A stretch of DNA of 64,000 bases from Lama glama (lineage: Eukaryota): NCBI GenBank assembly GCA_028534125.1, contig CM052816.1, positions 92,754,001 through 92,818,000 on the forward strand, given 5' to 3'. The notes beneath the pieces are model-generated. The model worked only from the letters and a program-made list of their open reading frames with translations. It did not search any database and was not told where the DNA came from. A program made the position numbers and the translations under genes. The stretch's first letter is position 1; every line of letters begins with the position of its first letter. Below are positions 1 through 13,230 of this stretch, in pieces.

Positions 1-441
1 ACAGAAACTTTATGAATTTAAACCAGTTTTAAACCATTCTCTAGGAAAAAAAGAATGTTTTACGTGAATTAGACTAAACTGTGGTAGGATTTTCTTTTTA
101 GATAATAACATCCCTCTGCCCACTGGAGAACACAAATGTTTCACACATATTTACTTGGTGCAAAAAATCATTCATTTATTTTGCAGCTTTGGCTGGGAAC
201 AAAAGTAGTCAGTGACGTGCACAATGTAACTTATGCCAGTATGGACAGGGCCAGGAGTAAAGATTCTTTACAACACCTATTCCACCCTAAGGACTGGAGC
301 TGGAGACAGAGCTGGAGCTGTGCTTATCTCAGAAAGGCTCTGACTGTGACCTTATGGGTCAGAGTGAGGTGCTTACTCTGAGAAGGAGCAACAGAAGTAG
401 ATGACACATTTCCTGTTGCTCAAAGATGAGTAAGGAAGGTA

Positions 442-565
442 GGGGTGAGGGTATAGGTCAGCGGCAGAGCGCATGCTTAGCATGCACAAGGTCATGGGTT
501 CAATCCCCAGTACCTTTGTTAAAAATAAATAAATAAGTAAACCTAATTACCTCCTTTTCCTAAAA
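442..565 (+). mobile_element. tRNA-derived SINE (camelid vic-1-like)
   Basis: Pol III A-box-like TATAGGTCAGCGG and B-box GGTTCAATCCC, A-rich tail, and a perfect 20-bp TSD AAAGATGAGTAAGGAAGGTA at 422-441 and 566-585. Confidence 0.9.
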
Positions 566-886
566 AAAGATGAGTAAGGAAGGTATGAGGATTGTACCCA
601 AGTATTTATACCGAGGTATTTATACTTCTGTGTATTATATTTAAATCTGTATTATTTGTTGAGTACATTATAATACGGGCGAGGAGGAAAAAAAGGAAGA
701 TTTATTGGCAGCTAGGGTGGTGAGTGTGTAATTTCACCCAACTGGTCCGTAACCCTCCAAGGTGCTGTTAGTCCCATTCTGTAGTGAGAAAGCTGAGGCA
801 CGCAAAACAGCCCGCCCTGGACCACTCAGTTGGTCAAGTCAGGAAATGTGTTACACTGTAATATACTTCCTTAATTATTTTAATAA

Positions 887-2460
887 AGATTCTATTGAAA
901 GGGAAGAACTTACAACCAAGAATACTCTATCCAGCAAGACTCTCATTCAGATTTGGAGAAATCAAAAGCTTCACAGATAAACAAAACCTATAAGAATTCA
1001 GCACCACCAAACCAGCTTTAAAACAAACATTAAAGGAACTTCTCTAGCCATTAAACCACAAGAAAAGAGAACAAAAAGAAGACAGAGGAAAAAAAAGACC
1101 TGCAAAAGATTGCTTTGGTAATTTGGGTTCTTCTATGGTTCCATATAAATTTTGGAATTGTTTATTCTAGTTCTGTGAAAAATGTAGTGGGTATTTTGAT
1201 GGGGGTTGCACTGGATCTGCAGACTGCTTTGGTTAGTATGGCCATTTTGATAATGTTGATTCTTCCAATCCAAGAGCACAAGATATCTTTCCATTTCTGT
1301 GTATCATATTCAATTTCCTTCATCAATGTTTTACAGTTTTCAGAGTGTAGGTAACCTCCTAGGTTAGGTTTATTTCTAGGTATTTTGTTGTTTTTGATGC
1401 AATGGAAATATTTATGCCAGTTACAAAATTCTGGTTTTTGAAGTACAAAAAACAAAACAAAACTAAACAGTGAATAAAGGGCCACAAATGGTAAAATAGC
1501 CTTCTTTTTTATGGGTGAGTTGTATTCCATTGAATATATGTGCTACATCTTCTTTATCTATTCACCTATTGATGTGCACTTAGGATGCTTCCATATGTTG
1601 GCAATTATAAATGCTGCTGCTGTTAATAGCAAGGTGTATGTATCTTTTTGAATTAATGTTTTTGTTTTTCTTGGACGTATGCCCAGGAGTGGAACTGCTG
1701 GGCCATATGGCGGTTCTGTTTCGGGGTTTTGAGAAACCTCCGTATTGTTTTCCATAGTGGCTGCACCAATTTACATTCCCACCAATAGTGTTCAAGGGTT
1801 CCCCTTCCTCCACATCCTTGCCAACATTTGTTGTGTTCTTTTTGATGATGGCTATTCTGACAGGCGTGAGATGGTGTCTCATGGTTTTGACTTGCATTTC
1901 CCTGATATCAGTGATGTTGAGCAGCTTTTCTTGTTCCTGTTGGCCGTCTGCATTTCCTCTTGTGGAAAAATGTCTGTTCAGTTCTTCTGCCCATATTTTA
2001 AATGGGCTGTTTCTTTGCTTTTTAACTGAAGTACAGTTGATTTAAAATGTTGTATTAGTTTCTGGTGTATGGCATGGATGGACTTGGAGGCATTATGCTA
2101 AGTGAAATAAGTCAGACAAAGACAAATACTCTAAGATATAACTAACATGTGGAATCTAAAAAAATACAACAAACTAGTGAATATAACAGAAAAGAAATAG
2201 ACTCACAGATGTAGAGAAGGAACTAGTAGTTGCCATTGGGGAGGGGAAGGGGGAGGGGCAAGGTGCAAGTGGAGGATTAAGAGGTACAAACTATCAGGTA
2301 TAAAATAAGCTACAAGATGTGCTGTACAACATGGGGAATGGAGCCAATATATTGTAATAACTATATATGGAGTAGAACCTTTAAAAATTGTGAATCACTA
2401 TATTGTATTCCTATAACATAATACTGTACATCAACTATACTTCAATTTAAAAAATACATT
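887..2460. mobile_element. Rearranged LINE-1 mosaic: ORF1 end (+), two ORF2 pieces (-), short 3' tail (-), 3'UTR/polyA (+)
   Basis: Minus-strand peptides [30 protein letters not shown] and MQVKTMRHHLTPVRIAIIKK are L1 ORF2. 900-1050 encodes the ORF1 C-terminus (LQPRILYPARLSFRF). 2072-2455 is an L1 3'UTR. Confidence 0.9.
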
Positions 2461-2924
2461 GTTAGAAAAAATTCCATTTCTACAGAAAGAAAATATAATT
2501 GATTAGTTTTTTTTATATTTCCACCTACAGGAAGACCATCAGTTTAAAAATAAAAACAACCAGATACCACAATCTATGTGAAGACATAGTTGCTAAACCA
2601 GCAGAATGTCCTAAGTTAAATTTAATGCTCAGTCTTGCAAGGGCCAGTGACGTAGTAGATGGTTCTAGGTCCTCAGTTTCCTCTTGCTTTCGGCCACTTA
2701 ATTGCTCATTTGTATCTATACCAGATAATAAACTAAAGAAATCAAACACTGAAGAGTGTTTTCAGACAGTTCAACCAAAGAATTGAATGTTAAACATAAA
2801 AACTGAGATTTGATTATATAAGGTAAACCTTACATCCCCAAATATTATGCATTTGATCTTAATCTTTCTCACTGACAAACATATCAAAGCAATCCTGAAC
2901 TTCTGAGATTTTAAAAAGCTGGAG

Positions 2925-3730
2925 ATCACTCATCGTTGCTTGTGGGAATGTAAAATGCTACAGCCTTTCTGGAAATGTTTCACCGTTTCTTTTAGAACAG
3001 TAAGCATTTGCCAAAAGACCTAGCAACTGACCTTCTGGGCATTTATCCCAGAGACATGAAAACCTAAGTTTCCTGCAAAAACCTGTACATGAAGGTCCAC
3101 AGCTTCTCTTCTGCAACAGCCAAAACTTAAAAATATCCTAGTTGTCCTTTAAAGGGTAAATGGTTCAGGAAAGCATGACATATCCATTCCATGAAGCAGG
3201 ACTCAGAAATGAAGCAACAACAGGGGTGGGTCTCGAGAGAATTTTGCTGAGTAGAAAAAGCCAGTCTCAAAAAGGTACATATTATATGATTCCATTTATG
3301 TAACATTTGTGAAATAAAATTACAGAGATGGAGAACAAAAGATGAGGGGTTGCCAGGGGTTAGAGGTGGGGTAGGGACTGGGCATGGAGAAGGAGGCGGC
3401 AGGAGGGAGCCCGCTGGTGATGGGTGATCTTACACGACTCTGCATGTGGTGGGGGTTATAGGAATCTACACACGGTAAATCCGCATGAAACTAAGCACGC
3501 ACACGTGCACACGCACACACGTGAGTGCATGCACACCTGGGGAAACCAGAAGAAGCTCTGGGGAGTGTAGCAAAGTCACTTTTCTGCTTTGACAGTGCAC
3601 TGTGGTCACGTGAGATGTGTCCGCTGGGGGAGGCTGGGAGCAGGATGCAGGGACCTCCTCGTTTGTTTATTTTTTTCCCCCACTTTCTATGATTATAACT
3701 ATTTCAAAATAAAAAGTTTAAAAAAAAAAG
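2925..3730 (+). mobile_element. Old L1M (L1MC/MD-type) 3' region
   Basis: GTGGGAATGTAAAATG, GGGCATTTATCCCAGAGA and ATGATTCCATTTATG motifs; ends AAAATAAAAAGTTTAAAAAAA. Confidence 0.75.
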
Positions 3731-4919
3731 AAGCTGGGAAATATGTTTAAAGGCATCACACATATACAGGAATGAACAAAAAGCTAACCATTTTAGAGAA
3801 TGGAGAGAGATGGCTCGTCAGCAAAAACACTGCTGAGAAGGTCAAAATTAAAGGCAGGAAAGTTGGGAACCAAACTTGAGAGGCCTCTACACAGGAGGCA
3901 AAGGGATGTGGAGGAACCTGGTGCTGGGGAGGCTGGGATCACTCAGAGAAGGACTACGTCCCCTCCCTGCAGAGAGCCATGCCGTGCAGAACGGAGAGGC
4001 CTTCTCTGCAAAGCCAGGCGTCGTGAATGGGTCTGCGCTGCGACCACGGGTGGTTACAAAGTCCCTCAGAGGGCAGCGGGTCCCCATCAGGGACATGGGG
4101 CACCTGAAGTCAATTTTCCTGAATTAACCACCAGGTGCCTGGCTGCTTCTCCACAGGGAAAGGAGAGGAAAGGGATCTGGGCCCTTGAAGCAGTGGCTGG
4201 TGGAGAAGGCACTGTGTCGTTTTCACACTCAGCGAGGACAGCAGGGCAGGCGGCGGGGAAAGCCGCACACTCAAGGAGCGGCGACCCCCCGTGGCCCCCG
4301 GGCAAGGGCCCCGGCTCTGGCTCTGCCTCTCCGGGGACGGCCGGGCACTGGCCAGAGTGGAGAGAAAGAGCTCTGCCTGCCTGACCATTAGGCATGAAAA
4401 CGAAGCCAGCTTGGGATGCTGGGACCCAGAAATCTCCAGGTGGTTGGAGGCCTTTCTTTTTGACATCTGAATAAAATGAAAGGTTCCTCTTTTCCCAGGC
4501 ACTACCCCAAACAAAAACTTGTCCCAGTTCAGTGTGTAAGTTTGCAGAAGCAGAACCAAAAGGCTTCTTTACTTAACCCAGCAAGAATCACAGCCGGATT
4601 CAAATGGGAATGATCTTTCCTGGGAAACCACGGCTTCTGGGCATCAAGTGAGCAAAAACCAGCTCAAGGCCGCTGAATCAACTCCAGAAATAAACTCTGG
4701 CTGAGAATTCAATGTCACCACCTGGTTGCCTGCACTAATCCGCACATTTCAAAGGTAATTATCAATTAACTTGGGACCTAATTTTGAGAATGAAGTTGGA
4801 GTATGAATGGATGAAAATAGTCATGCTTTTGCTATATTTGAAAATGGAGCTACGGCCTCTATCATGAAATCTCAGAATGATGTGCCAGAAATAGACATCA
4901 TTTGTTCTACAAGCTGACT

Positions 4920-5155
4920 ATAGGCTAAGTCTGGGAGGCAGAGGACAAAGATAAGTGAGACAGGGTTCCAGTCTTCAAGTAACTTAACATCCACTAGGAG
5001 AAACAAACACATGTCTAAAATGCATGATACACACAAAAGCAGAAATGTGTTTTTCCGCTGGTTGTTCGTTTTCCTAACACCTCCCTCGTATATTACAGGT
5101 GGCTTGGAAGACACTCTGGAATGAATGAGTGAAAGAATGAATGAATGAATGAACA
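4920..5155. mobile_element. L2 fragments
   Basis: L2-like AGATAAGTGAGACAGGGTTCCAGTCTTCAAG and a (GAAT)n terminus. Confidence 0.45.
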
Positions 5156-5578
5156 GTGGAAAATGCATTCAAAAGGAAAGGAGGACAGATAACAAAGGCT
5201 GAAAGATGGACGAAGTGTAATCAGAACTGATGTGAATAAAAAGCTACAAAATACTGAAGGGAAGAGAAAGATTGAGGTGGAAAACAAAAACTCCCTTAAA
5301 ATAAAATTAGATTTATGTTAGGTTGATCAACATTCCTTTTAAATACTACAATACTACTTTAAAAACATTTTTTGAAAAAAGGACAGATGATCAGTCCTCA
5401 AGCTTTCTGAAAGTGGGTCAAACATTTCATGAATTTCTTTCAGAGGAAAATACTGAGAAAAGGGTCCCAGGATGCTTCCAAATCTGGGCTTAATGGTGAA
5501 ATTGAGGCTGACACTTCTATCAACCACCTTCTGCATTTAGCCTTAAGGTATAAAACATTTGCCATCTACGTGAAAATA

Positions 5579-5840
5579 CGGCTGATCCTTGAACAACTGG
5601 GAGTTAGAGGCACTGACCCTCCGTACAAGTGAAAATCCATGTATAATTTACAGTCAGCCCTCCCACCCGTGGTTCCTGAACATCCACAGTTCCTCTGCCT
5701 CCGTGGTTCCTCCACATCTGCGGTTCTGCGTCTGCAGATTCAACTAACTGCGGGTCGTGTGGTACCACAGGGTTTACTACTGAAAAACATCTGCGTGGAA
5801 GTGGACCTGCGCGGTTCAAACCCGGGTGTTCAAGGGTCTG
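5579..5840. mobile_element. Tigger2/MER8-type non-autonomous DNA transposon
   Basis: Terminal inverted repeats CGGCTGATCCTTGAACAAC ... GTGTTCAAGGGTCTG, flanked by TA on both sides. Confidence 0.85.
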
Positions 5841-8800
5841 TATCTCCTCTTCTCTCTCTTTCCGGGGGAACAAGCGCTGTCCGTTCTGTCCTCTGGGGGT
5901 AAGAGACTAGAGTTCGAGGACTCCCTGTGGAATCTAAGTGCCTGGTCTGCAAAGAGACTTAAAACCACCAGCCTTCTTTCAGGTGTGACTCTTAAAAAGA
6001 ATCCTGAGCCAACACTGAGCAGATATCACCTTGGTCTGGCACCTTTCCAAAGATGGTTGTTAATGAGATCGCCTTTGTATTACTTGCTCCTTAGAGGGCC
6101 AGAAATTCACTGCAAAAAAGAGAGAGCTACGCTCTGGATAAAGTGAGAAATAAAAGCACTGCTGGACACCTGGGAGTGACGAGCGGTAAGCCCCGCATCG
6201 GAGAGCCTCTGAACGTTAACTTCTAAAAAGCTTCACGTATTTGCCTAAATGACAAAGCAAGGTGCTTTTTCTACTTCCTTCTGTGTTATTTTAAATTGTA
6301 TGATCTGCTTGAGAAAAATTAATTCTGATAACCTAAATCTTTTAGCCATTCTTCATTCATCCGCTATATTAAAATATTTAGTGACTTGACGCAAACACAT
6401 TTAATTAGCATGACTTCCTCCTCTTGGCCCTCTCTCACTTTTAATTTTGTTTTAAAATACATAATGAAATATGTTCTAAGCGAATTTGAGTTTTCCTTCA
6501 ATAACTGGTTTCAAAACACGATGAATGAAGAAACCATTCCTTCCTGCATAAAAGCTACCAAGTGTCCCTGCAGGTTTGAGGGCATTCATGTAGCACAGAG
6601 AAAGGAGGCTAAAGAAGATGCTGCAGCTGGTCAGAAAAAAATAAATCCACTGAGAAAAGGGCTGGGGCTAAAAACGAAGTCCAAGCACATCTTGGGGAAG
6701 GGTCAGACAGTATTCCACACTGTGTGCAGCCAGCTTCCCCAGTCACCTGCCCTTCCCGTCACCGAGCATGTGTGTGTCCTGCTATGCACCCTTCCCCGGC
6801 TGTCACAGAACCACTCCCTAGCCCAGGTCACCTTAGGGGCACACATTTAAGGGGAACCAAATCATGGTGAACATACCACCTTCTCTCCTACTGCCAAGGT
6901 CTTTCATATAATAAAGGAAAGAATGAATGTACTGAAAATTCTCGAATTGTAAAGGTGAACCACTTAGCCTTCAAAACAGACTTAAGTTTCCCTTAGTCTA
7001 CAAACTTCATACGTACAAGAAGTTCCTATAGTGTAAGTCAAGAAAACAAAACGTATTTTCATTTTTCAATAAACTTCCAAGCCTACTGTGACAAAACAGA
7101 CCCTGTAGTTTACTAACTGGAATGCTTTTACCATGTTTTTCCTTAAAAATGCCGCTGATATCACAAAAACCAGTGAGCCCAAACTTCGTCTCTGGAGAAC
7201 AGATTTGTAAAAGGCTCTCAGTCCAGTTTTCTTTAGTACCTACTTCTTGAAAATCATACCAAAGTTGAAAAGGTGATCTAAGTTATAAATACTTTGGGGA
7301 AAGAATCTTTTTTGTCCTAAATGCAAGTTATATCTTCACAAATCCTGTTAGAGTGTCCCTAAGGCATGTCACACAGACACGTATCAGATTAGTCCTGGCC
7401 CCTGCCTGCTGCTGCCCCCATCGCCCTGTGAACACCGTCCTGTCCACGGCGTCCCCTGCTGCCCCAGTGCAGAACTCCAGCCCCCGCCCACCGTGCTTCC
7501 CTCCCAAAGGTCTGGGCTGCTCAGAGCTCCTCCCAGCTTTCTGTCTGTCACAGTCTAACAAAGGCACAGCCTCCTTTTCCACACTTGGTATCTTCCTCCC
7601 CTCTCAGCTAGAGGGTAGAAACATGTAAAATACAGAAAAGTTAGTGCACTAATACTGGTGAGAAGAAGAGGGTAACACAAAACTATACCACAAGTGCTAT
7701 AACAGGGGTGGGCGTAAAGAAAGTTCTAGAGAGTGCAGGAGGCTCCGCTAACTGCCTGGGGAAGTGAAGGGGAGCAGTGCATTTGACTCTGCATGGGCCA
7801 GACCACGAGGATGCTTCGGGGCTTCAGGCTGGTGTTCCAGATACACAAAGAATCACTGTCGGTTCAAAAGCAAGAGAAGAGCCTAACCAAATTTCTCTTC
7901 TGGTTGCAGGGCTGCGGGAGGCGGAGGAGGGAGCTGACAGAGGCAGCAGACTGGTTCACTGTTGTGATCTGACTCAAGCTGCCACGTGCACCTGTGATCA
8001 GAACTGCCAGTGTCCTGACCAGTGTCCACTGGTGGACCAGTGTCCACTGAACGTGTCTCCTTGGAAAAAAAATAGTCTCTTTGTAAACGCTGGGAAGTCT
8101 TTTTTTGTTTTGGCATTATTAAAGCAGGGAAAGAAGCCAGTCCTGGCAGTTTTCTATTCTGACAACTGTCCAGGGCCCACAAAGCACCAGCCCCTCTGCA
8201 GAAAGGGCTGCTCAGGGTCCCAGCAGTTTGCCAAGTACGCCCCCTACGCTGTCTTCCTGGGCTCGTGGTGTTTCAGAGTTGAAAATGAGTCTGGTTTTCC
8301 TGGAGCCAAACTTTCAAGTTACAAATAGCCTGGCTGAGGACTGACTGCCCAAGATCCCGGACGTGGAGGTGAAGTTCTTTTCCTTTAAACAATTTCATTG
8401 GTCCCTGATCTCGGATGCCTGTAAACAAGCTGAGCCAGGCCCAGCCCTCTCCAAGTGGGCCCCATGATCTGACTGTTCCCCATCCCTCTTCACAGCCTGT
8501 TACCACAGCCTTTGTGAACTTAATCCCAAACTACCTAAAAAGGCCCCTCATTTCCAATTTATACAGAGCTGTGAAAGGGAGAATTTTTTTCCTTAGAAAT
8601 AAGATGAAGTTGACATCCTTAATCAATTTGTAGTCCTACTAAAAACTTTGTTTTTACTACAAGTCCTTTTTATCTCAAAAGCTACATGATAGTTTCTTCA
8701 ATTGTAATTTTCTCTGATTTTCACCAAGCGTAACACGTATGCAGTGTATAATCAGTACCAACCTACCTACCATCTATCAAGTAACACATTATCTCTTCTT

Positions 8801-9370
8801 CTGAGACAAGCTGACCAGCAGGAACACACCTATGACAGCAGCACTAATACGACTAAGGCCATGCTGGCTTTGGTACATTTAAAGTCAACATTATGCAGAA
8901 CTCACTTCTGTGAGTATCTGAAAGTAGTCAGACGGCCTGATAAAATCAGAAGATGGCCATGACCTCGGCCACGTGACAGGGGAACAGGCAGAAAGGAAGC
9001 CCCACAGCTCTGACCTCTGACCGCAACGCACAGGTCATCTGTCTCCGCTAAGTGGACACGCCCTGCCTTTCTCCAAGGAGATGACATCTCCTTCCGCTCC
9101 TGCTTTCCCTGGTCGCCTCCTGGTCCACAGTCTCCCTGGCTGCCTCCACCCTCACGGGTCCGCTCTGGCAGACACTGCTCCCCAATCCGAGGGCCACAAT
9201 GTGTCCCTGTGGCGAAGAAGGCCAGCAAGGAGGCCAGCTCAGTCCCCACTCAGCGAGAACCAGCTACGTGTCATCGCTGGCCACTTCCGGTCCACTTCTG
9301 ACATTGTGACCACCCTCATCCTTCCAAGGTGCTCAAAGACCCTTTCAGATGGGGGCTCCGGATGCCTTAC

Positions 9371-9562
9371 CTCTTTCACGTGGGTGTGAAAGGACACCGA
9401 CATGTCCAGTAGGATCTTCCGCTGCTCCACTCGCCGGACGAAATCTTGGATGCGGTCCTCAAGCTGGTGGGCAGCCTGGTAGATCTCTTCTGGGTCACAC
9501 TCCCCGGTCTGCGCCAGCTGTTCTGCTGCTTCTAGTAGCTTATCCGCGTTGGTGTATGTGTT
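9371..9562 (-). CDS. TRIO: TRIO coding exon (~exon 11, 192 nt): NTYTNADKLLEAAEQLAQTGECDPEEIYQAAHQLEDRIQDFVRRVEQRKILLDMSVSFHTHVKE
   Basis: Inside ORF 9239..9682. Acceptor TTCTCTTCTGCAG|AAC, donor GAG|GTAAGG. Confidence 0.97.
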
Positions 9563-10879
9563 CTGCAGAAGAGAATGTTCAGAGAAACAGAAGGTGAGCA
9601 AGAAAACAAACTGGCCAGGCCGGGAGCCACGAAATACGGCAAGAGTCTGCGGGTGATATTCCTGACCGTCTCTGCCAATCAAACAGGAAAAACAGGCTGG
9701 GAAGAGATGGTTTTAGGATCCAGTACATCTCTATCAGCAGCCTCTTCCATTCTTGTTTTGGGCTGTTAAACTCTGAACTTCACAGCAGCCCTTCCGTCCG
9801 CAGCAGGAATGGGGTGTCTGCAGGCAGCTGCTGGCTGTCCTGTGACTCACAAAGGGCTTCCAGCTCTTTGCTGCTGCACGGCCAGAAGGCGGCTCATAGC
9901 CACAAATGCCCGCTTCACTTTTTCTCCCGGTTTTATGGCAGAGTGGAGAGTTCCAGTTTTGTGTGTTTCAGTATGATACACCACTTTGTGATAATTCCCC
10001 AAGAGCAAGTGAAAAGGGTATGTTCCAAACAAACATGAGTTAATGTCTCTTCCTGTGTTTCTCCTTATCAGTAATTCTGCACTTATAAATTTTTTTTGTA
10101 CTTCAGAGTACACATTTTCTGAGAAAAAGGAAACAATAACTATAATGGCTATAAAGCAGCTGGCATTTTAAAGAGCTGAGAGTTAAGTGTAAGTGGGTGT
10201 CTAAAATACTCTGAAAATTACTCTGACTCTTGATAAATGAGAGGCTGCAAATGGGTTCCTCAAATAAAATAAACAGGTCTGTTAGGGCCCCAGTACTGTT
10301 CAAGGAACTGCTGGCGAGAGGTCTGCTGCTGGGGGCGGAGGGAGGAGCGGACAGGCTGGAGAGGAAGGAACAGTGCCGGGAAGAGCAGGAGCGAGGCCTC
10401 CAGGAAGGCCCAGGGCGAGTGTGTAGTTCTCCGTGAGAACAGACCGAGCCCTCATCCTCCTCCTTCCCCAGCATCTCAGTCCCAGGGCTGGCATCTCAGG
10501 TGAGATGGCAGTGGTCCAGGGTGTGGGGAGCGTGCCCCTGCAAGGAGTCCCAGACTGAAGGGTCCGGGGCGCCCCTGCTATGGGCAGCCTCCTGGGTGGG
10601 AGACTGGCGACCTCCAGGGGCATTTCGTCTAAAAAGCCACACATTCAGGACAATGAGAGTTCCTCATTTGGGAGAAGGGGTTACAAATATGGAGAAGGAG
10701 AACACTTGCATTAACCCTGTGGCACTGGATTGGAACTGGGGGACCAATGAGAATACAGTTTTCAACACACAGACAGTACACACTCACTCACGTTCCTCCC
10801 CCGACCCCCATCCACCGATGGAGCCTGGGAACAGCAATGGCCCAAAAGCAGTAAGCAGGCTTAGCACCCGACCTCCACT

Positions 10880-11670
10880 TCTAAGCGCCACTCTCCTCTG
10901 GTCAGAACCAGGCTCTGTGGAGACGTGGCGGATTCCAGGGCTGGGGTGGGATTGAACACAAGATGAGTCTGCAACATCCTACTGTGGCCCAAACACAATA
11001 AGGAGATGGTCCAGAACAATGTGGACAGGACAGGACAGAGAAGCCAGCTTGGAGAGGCCAAACAAGGGGCAATCTGAGTATCCATGTAAACAGTGACGGT
11101 GATGGAGTGCAGTCCACTCAGCAGGAAACCGTGAGTCCTGACTGACACAAATGAGTAAAACTGGACGAGGAACAGCATATTTACAGAATTTCAAAGTACC
11201 TCCCCACAAAGTACTTACTAAATCCTAAGGGGGAAAGACTCACTTCACAACGGAGAAGCCTGGCAGACACCGCCGTAACCGAGGGGTCACGGTGAACACC
11301 GTATGTAACAGACAACTTACAACCGTGTGTCGACTGATGGGATGGCGTGAGGAGGGCAGGGCAGCGCTCCCAGGACACTCCTGCCGGAGACGTGTAACCA
11401 GAATACAGCGGTGAGGACAAACCCAAAGTGAGGGGCCTTCTCCAAAGCAACAGGCCTGAGACCTCCCAAAGGGTCAGGTCACACTAGTCAAGGAAGGACC
11501 AAGGAGAAGCTCAGGGCTGAGGGACACTAAGAGATGTGACAAGGAGACGTCACAGGTGGCTCACCACCGGATCCTTTAGCTACGAAGGACACGTGGGGTC
11601 TGAGGATTAGGGGGCAATCATGTGCAAGTGCCAATTCCTGATTTTGAGAGTGGTATTACGGTTTTAACAC
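10880..11670 (+). mobile_element. Degenerate L1M (L1MC-like) 3'UTR fragment
   Basis: AATCTGAGTATCCAT, GTACCTCCCCACAAAGTACTTACTAAAT and GACAAACCCAAAGTGAGGG motifs. Confidence 0.6.
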
Positions 11671-12859
11671 CCACACTTACAGACTGAGGCCCCCCAAGCG
11701 TCTGGGTGCAGGAGAGGGTGGAGCAGTCCACCCTGGAGGGCAATGAGGGGGTGCGGGGTCAACGGGGGTTGGACACGGTAACACAGGCCAGCTGAAGGTT
11801 GGTCTGCTCTCTGCCACCACCGCAGGCTGAATGCTCCTACCCCACAGGTGCCCTGGTCCTGAGCACGTACTTCCGTGGGGTCTCAGTGCCTCCCCGGAGC
11901 TGGGCCGTCCATTCCCAACCCAGGCTCGTCACAGGTCAGGAGACTGAGGAGCGGAGGGCAGTCACCAGACGCAGGGGCCAAGGCTGGCAGGTGGTGGAAC
12001 AGGACCCCCCAGGTCTGCCTGGCTCTGGAGCCCTACTTACAAGCACAAGGGTGTCATTCAGCTCGCGGGACGCCTCCCCAGTGTCCGGCACAGCCCTGTT
12101 TTATACACTGCAAGGCTCACAGCCATCTCCTTCTCCCTGCCCATCCGAAAAACCATCTTCAGAGGACTCTTCTTTTTCGGTACCATCCAAGTCTCATGAG
12201 AACGTTCTGTACTATTAACAAAGGATCTTTCTGAACTCTTTCTAGAAATGATGGAAGAGATATCCAAGAACCCCTTCAGACTGACTAGCAGGGCCAGGCT
12301 CAGAAAAGGTCTGTGTGCACACTTTGCATGTTCTTTGGAATCAGCTACGTGAAATGATCTGAAAAGCATGGTCAGTTCCCAATCTGACTGCTCAAAAGCT
12401 CAGTTAAAGGGTTTTATATGTATTCACTGTGACCCACTTGAAAGCTAGGTTACAATGATTCCTGCTGAGAGCAGAGACGGTGAAACTGCTCACTTCCAAA
12501 GGGCTCTGTAACAACAAAACCATGTTTCAAAAACGTCCACTCTCCATCCTGTGCACCTCGGGGCCTCCACCTCCCCTGCAGGGCAGTCTGGCCACCTGCC
12601 AGCGATGACTCCGTGACTAGGAGCCCTCCACACAGACTGTCACACGGTCTCGGGGAGTCTGAGTGACGGCATGGAAACCACTCTCACATCAGGTGCCTGA
12701 GCCCCACGCCTGTCACGGCTCTGACACAGTGACCCGCAGCCTCCGGCTGGAGACAGTCGCCCCTCCTTGTGGACAAACGAGGGAGGCATTAAGCCATGAA
12801 CTGGAATCAGAATAAGGTGGTAATGATGAAGGAGGGACAAGGAGGCCACTACAATAATA

Positions 12860-13230
12860 ATAATAAAAAAAAAAGCGACAGAAAGTGTCAAAGCCAAGAG
12901 GAGGCATGACAATGATATGCAATGTGGCTCCTGGACAGGACCCTGGATGGGATCCTGGAACAGGGAGAAACTAAGGAAATCTGAACAAAGGGTGGCCTTG
13001 AGTTAAGCAGTACTAGCTCATTAGTCATAACACTACTGGCTCCACGTTATATTTCTATAATATCAGTGTGATATTGGGTCGATACTAGTGCACCGGTAGT
13101 AACAAATGCACCAGACTAACGGAAGATGTTAATAAGCGGGAGCCTGGGTGCAGGCTATGAGGACTCCCTGTGTCGTCTTCACAATTTTTCTCTAAGTCTG
13201 AAACTTACCTAAAAAAGTTCATTAAAAATA
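12860..13230 (+). mobile_element. L1MC-type 3' end
   Basis: ATGCAATGTG...GGATGGGATCCTGGAACAG, GTAACAAATGCACCA, and terminal TTTTTCTCTAAGTCTGAAACT...AAAAAAGTT. Confidence 0.65.

Noticed and set aside
3800..4384. 194-aa plus-strand ORF
   Set aside because: Low-complexity R/G/P/A composition from a GC-rich patch, with no recognisable domain or splice context.
7777..8328. 183-aa ORF with a Cys-rich DQCP repeat
   Set aside because: Non-ATG start, and the Cys motif arises from the short DNA repeat at 8007-8050; no family resemblance.
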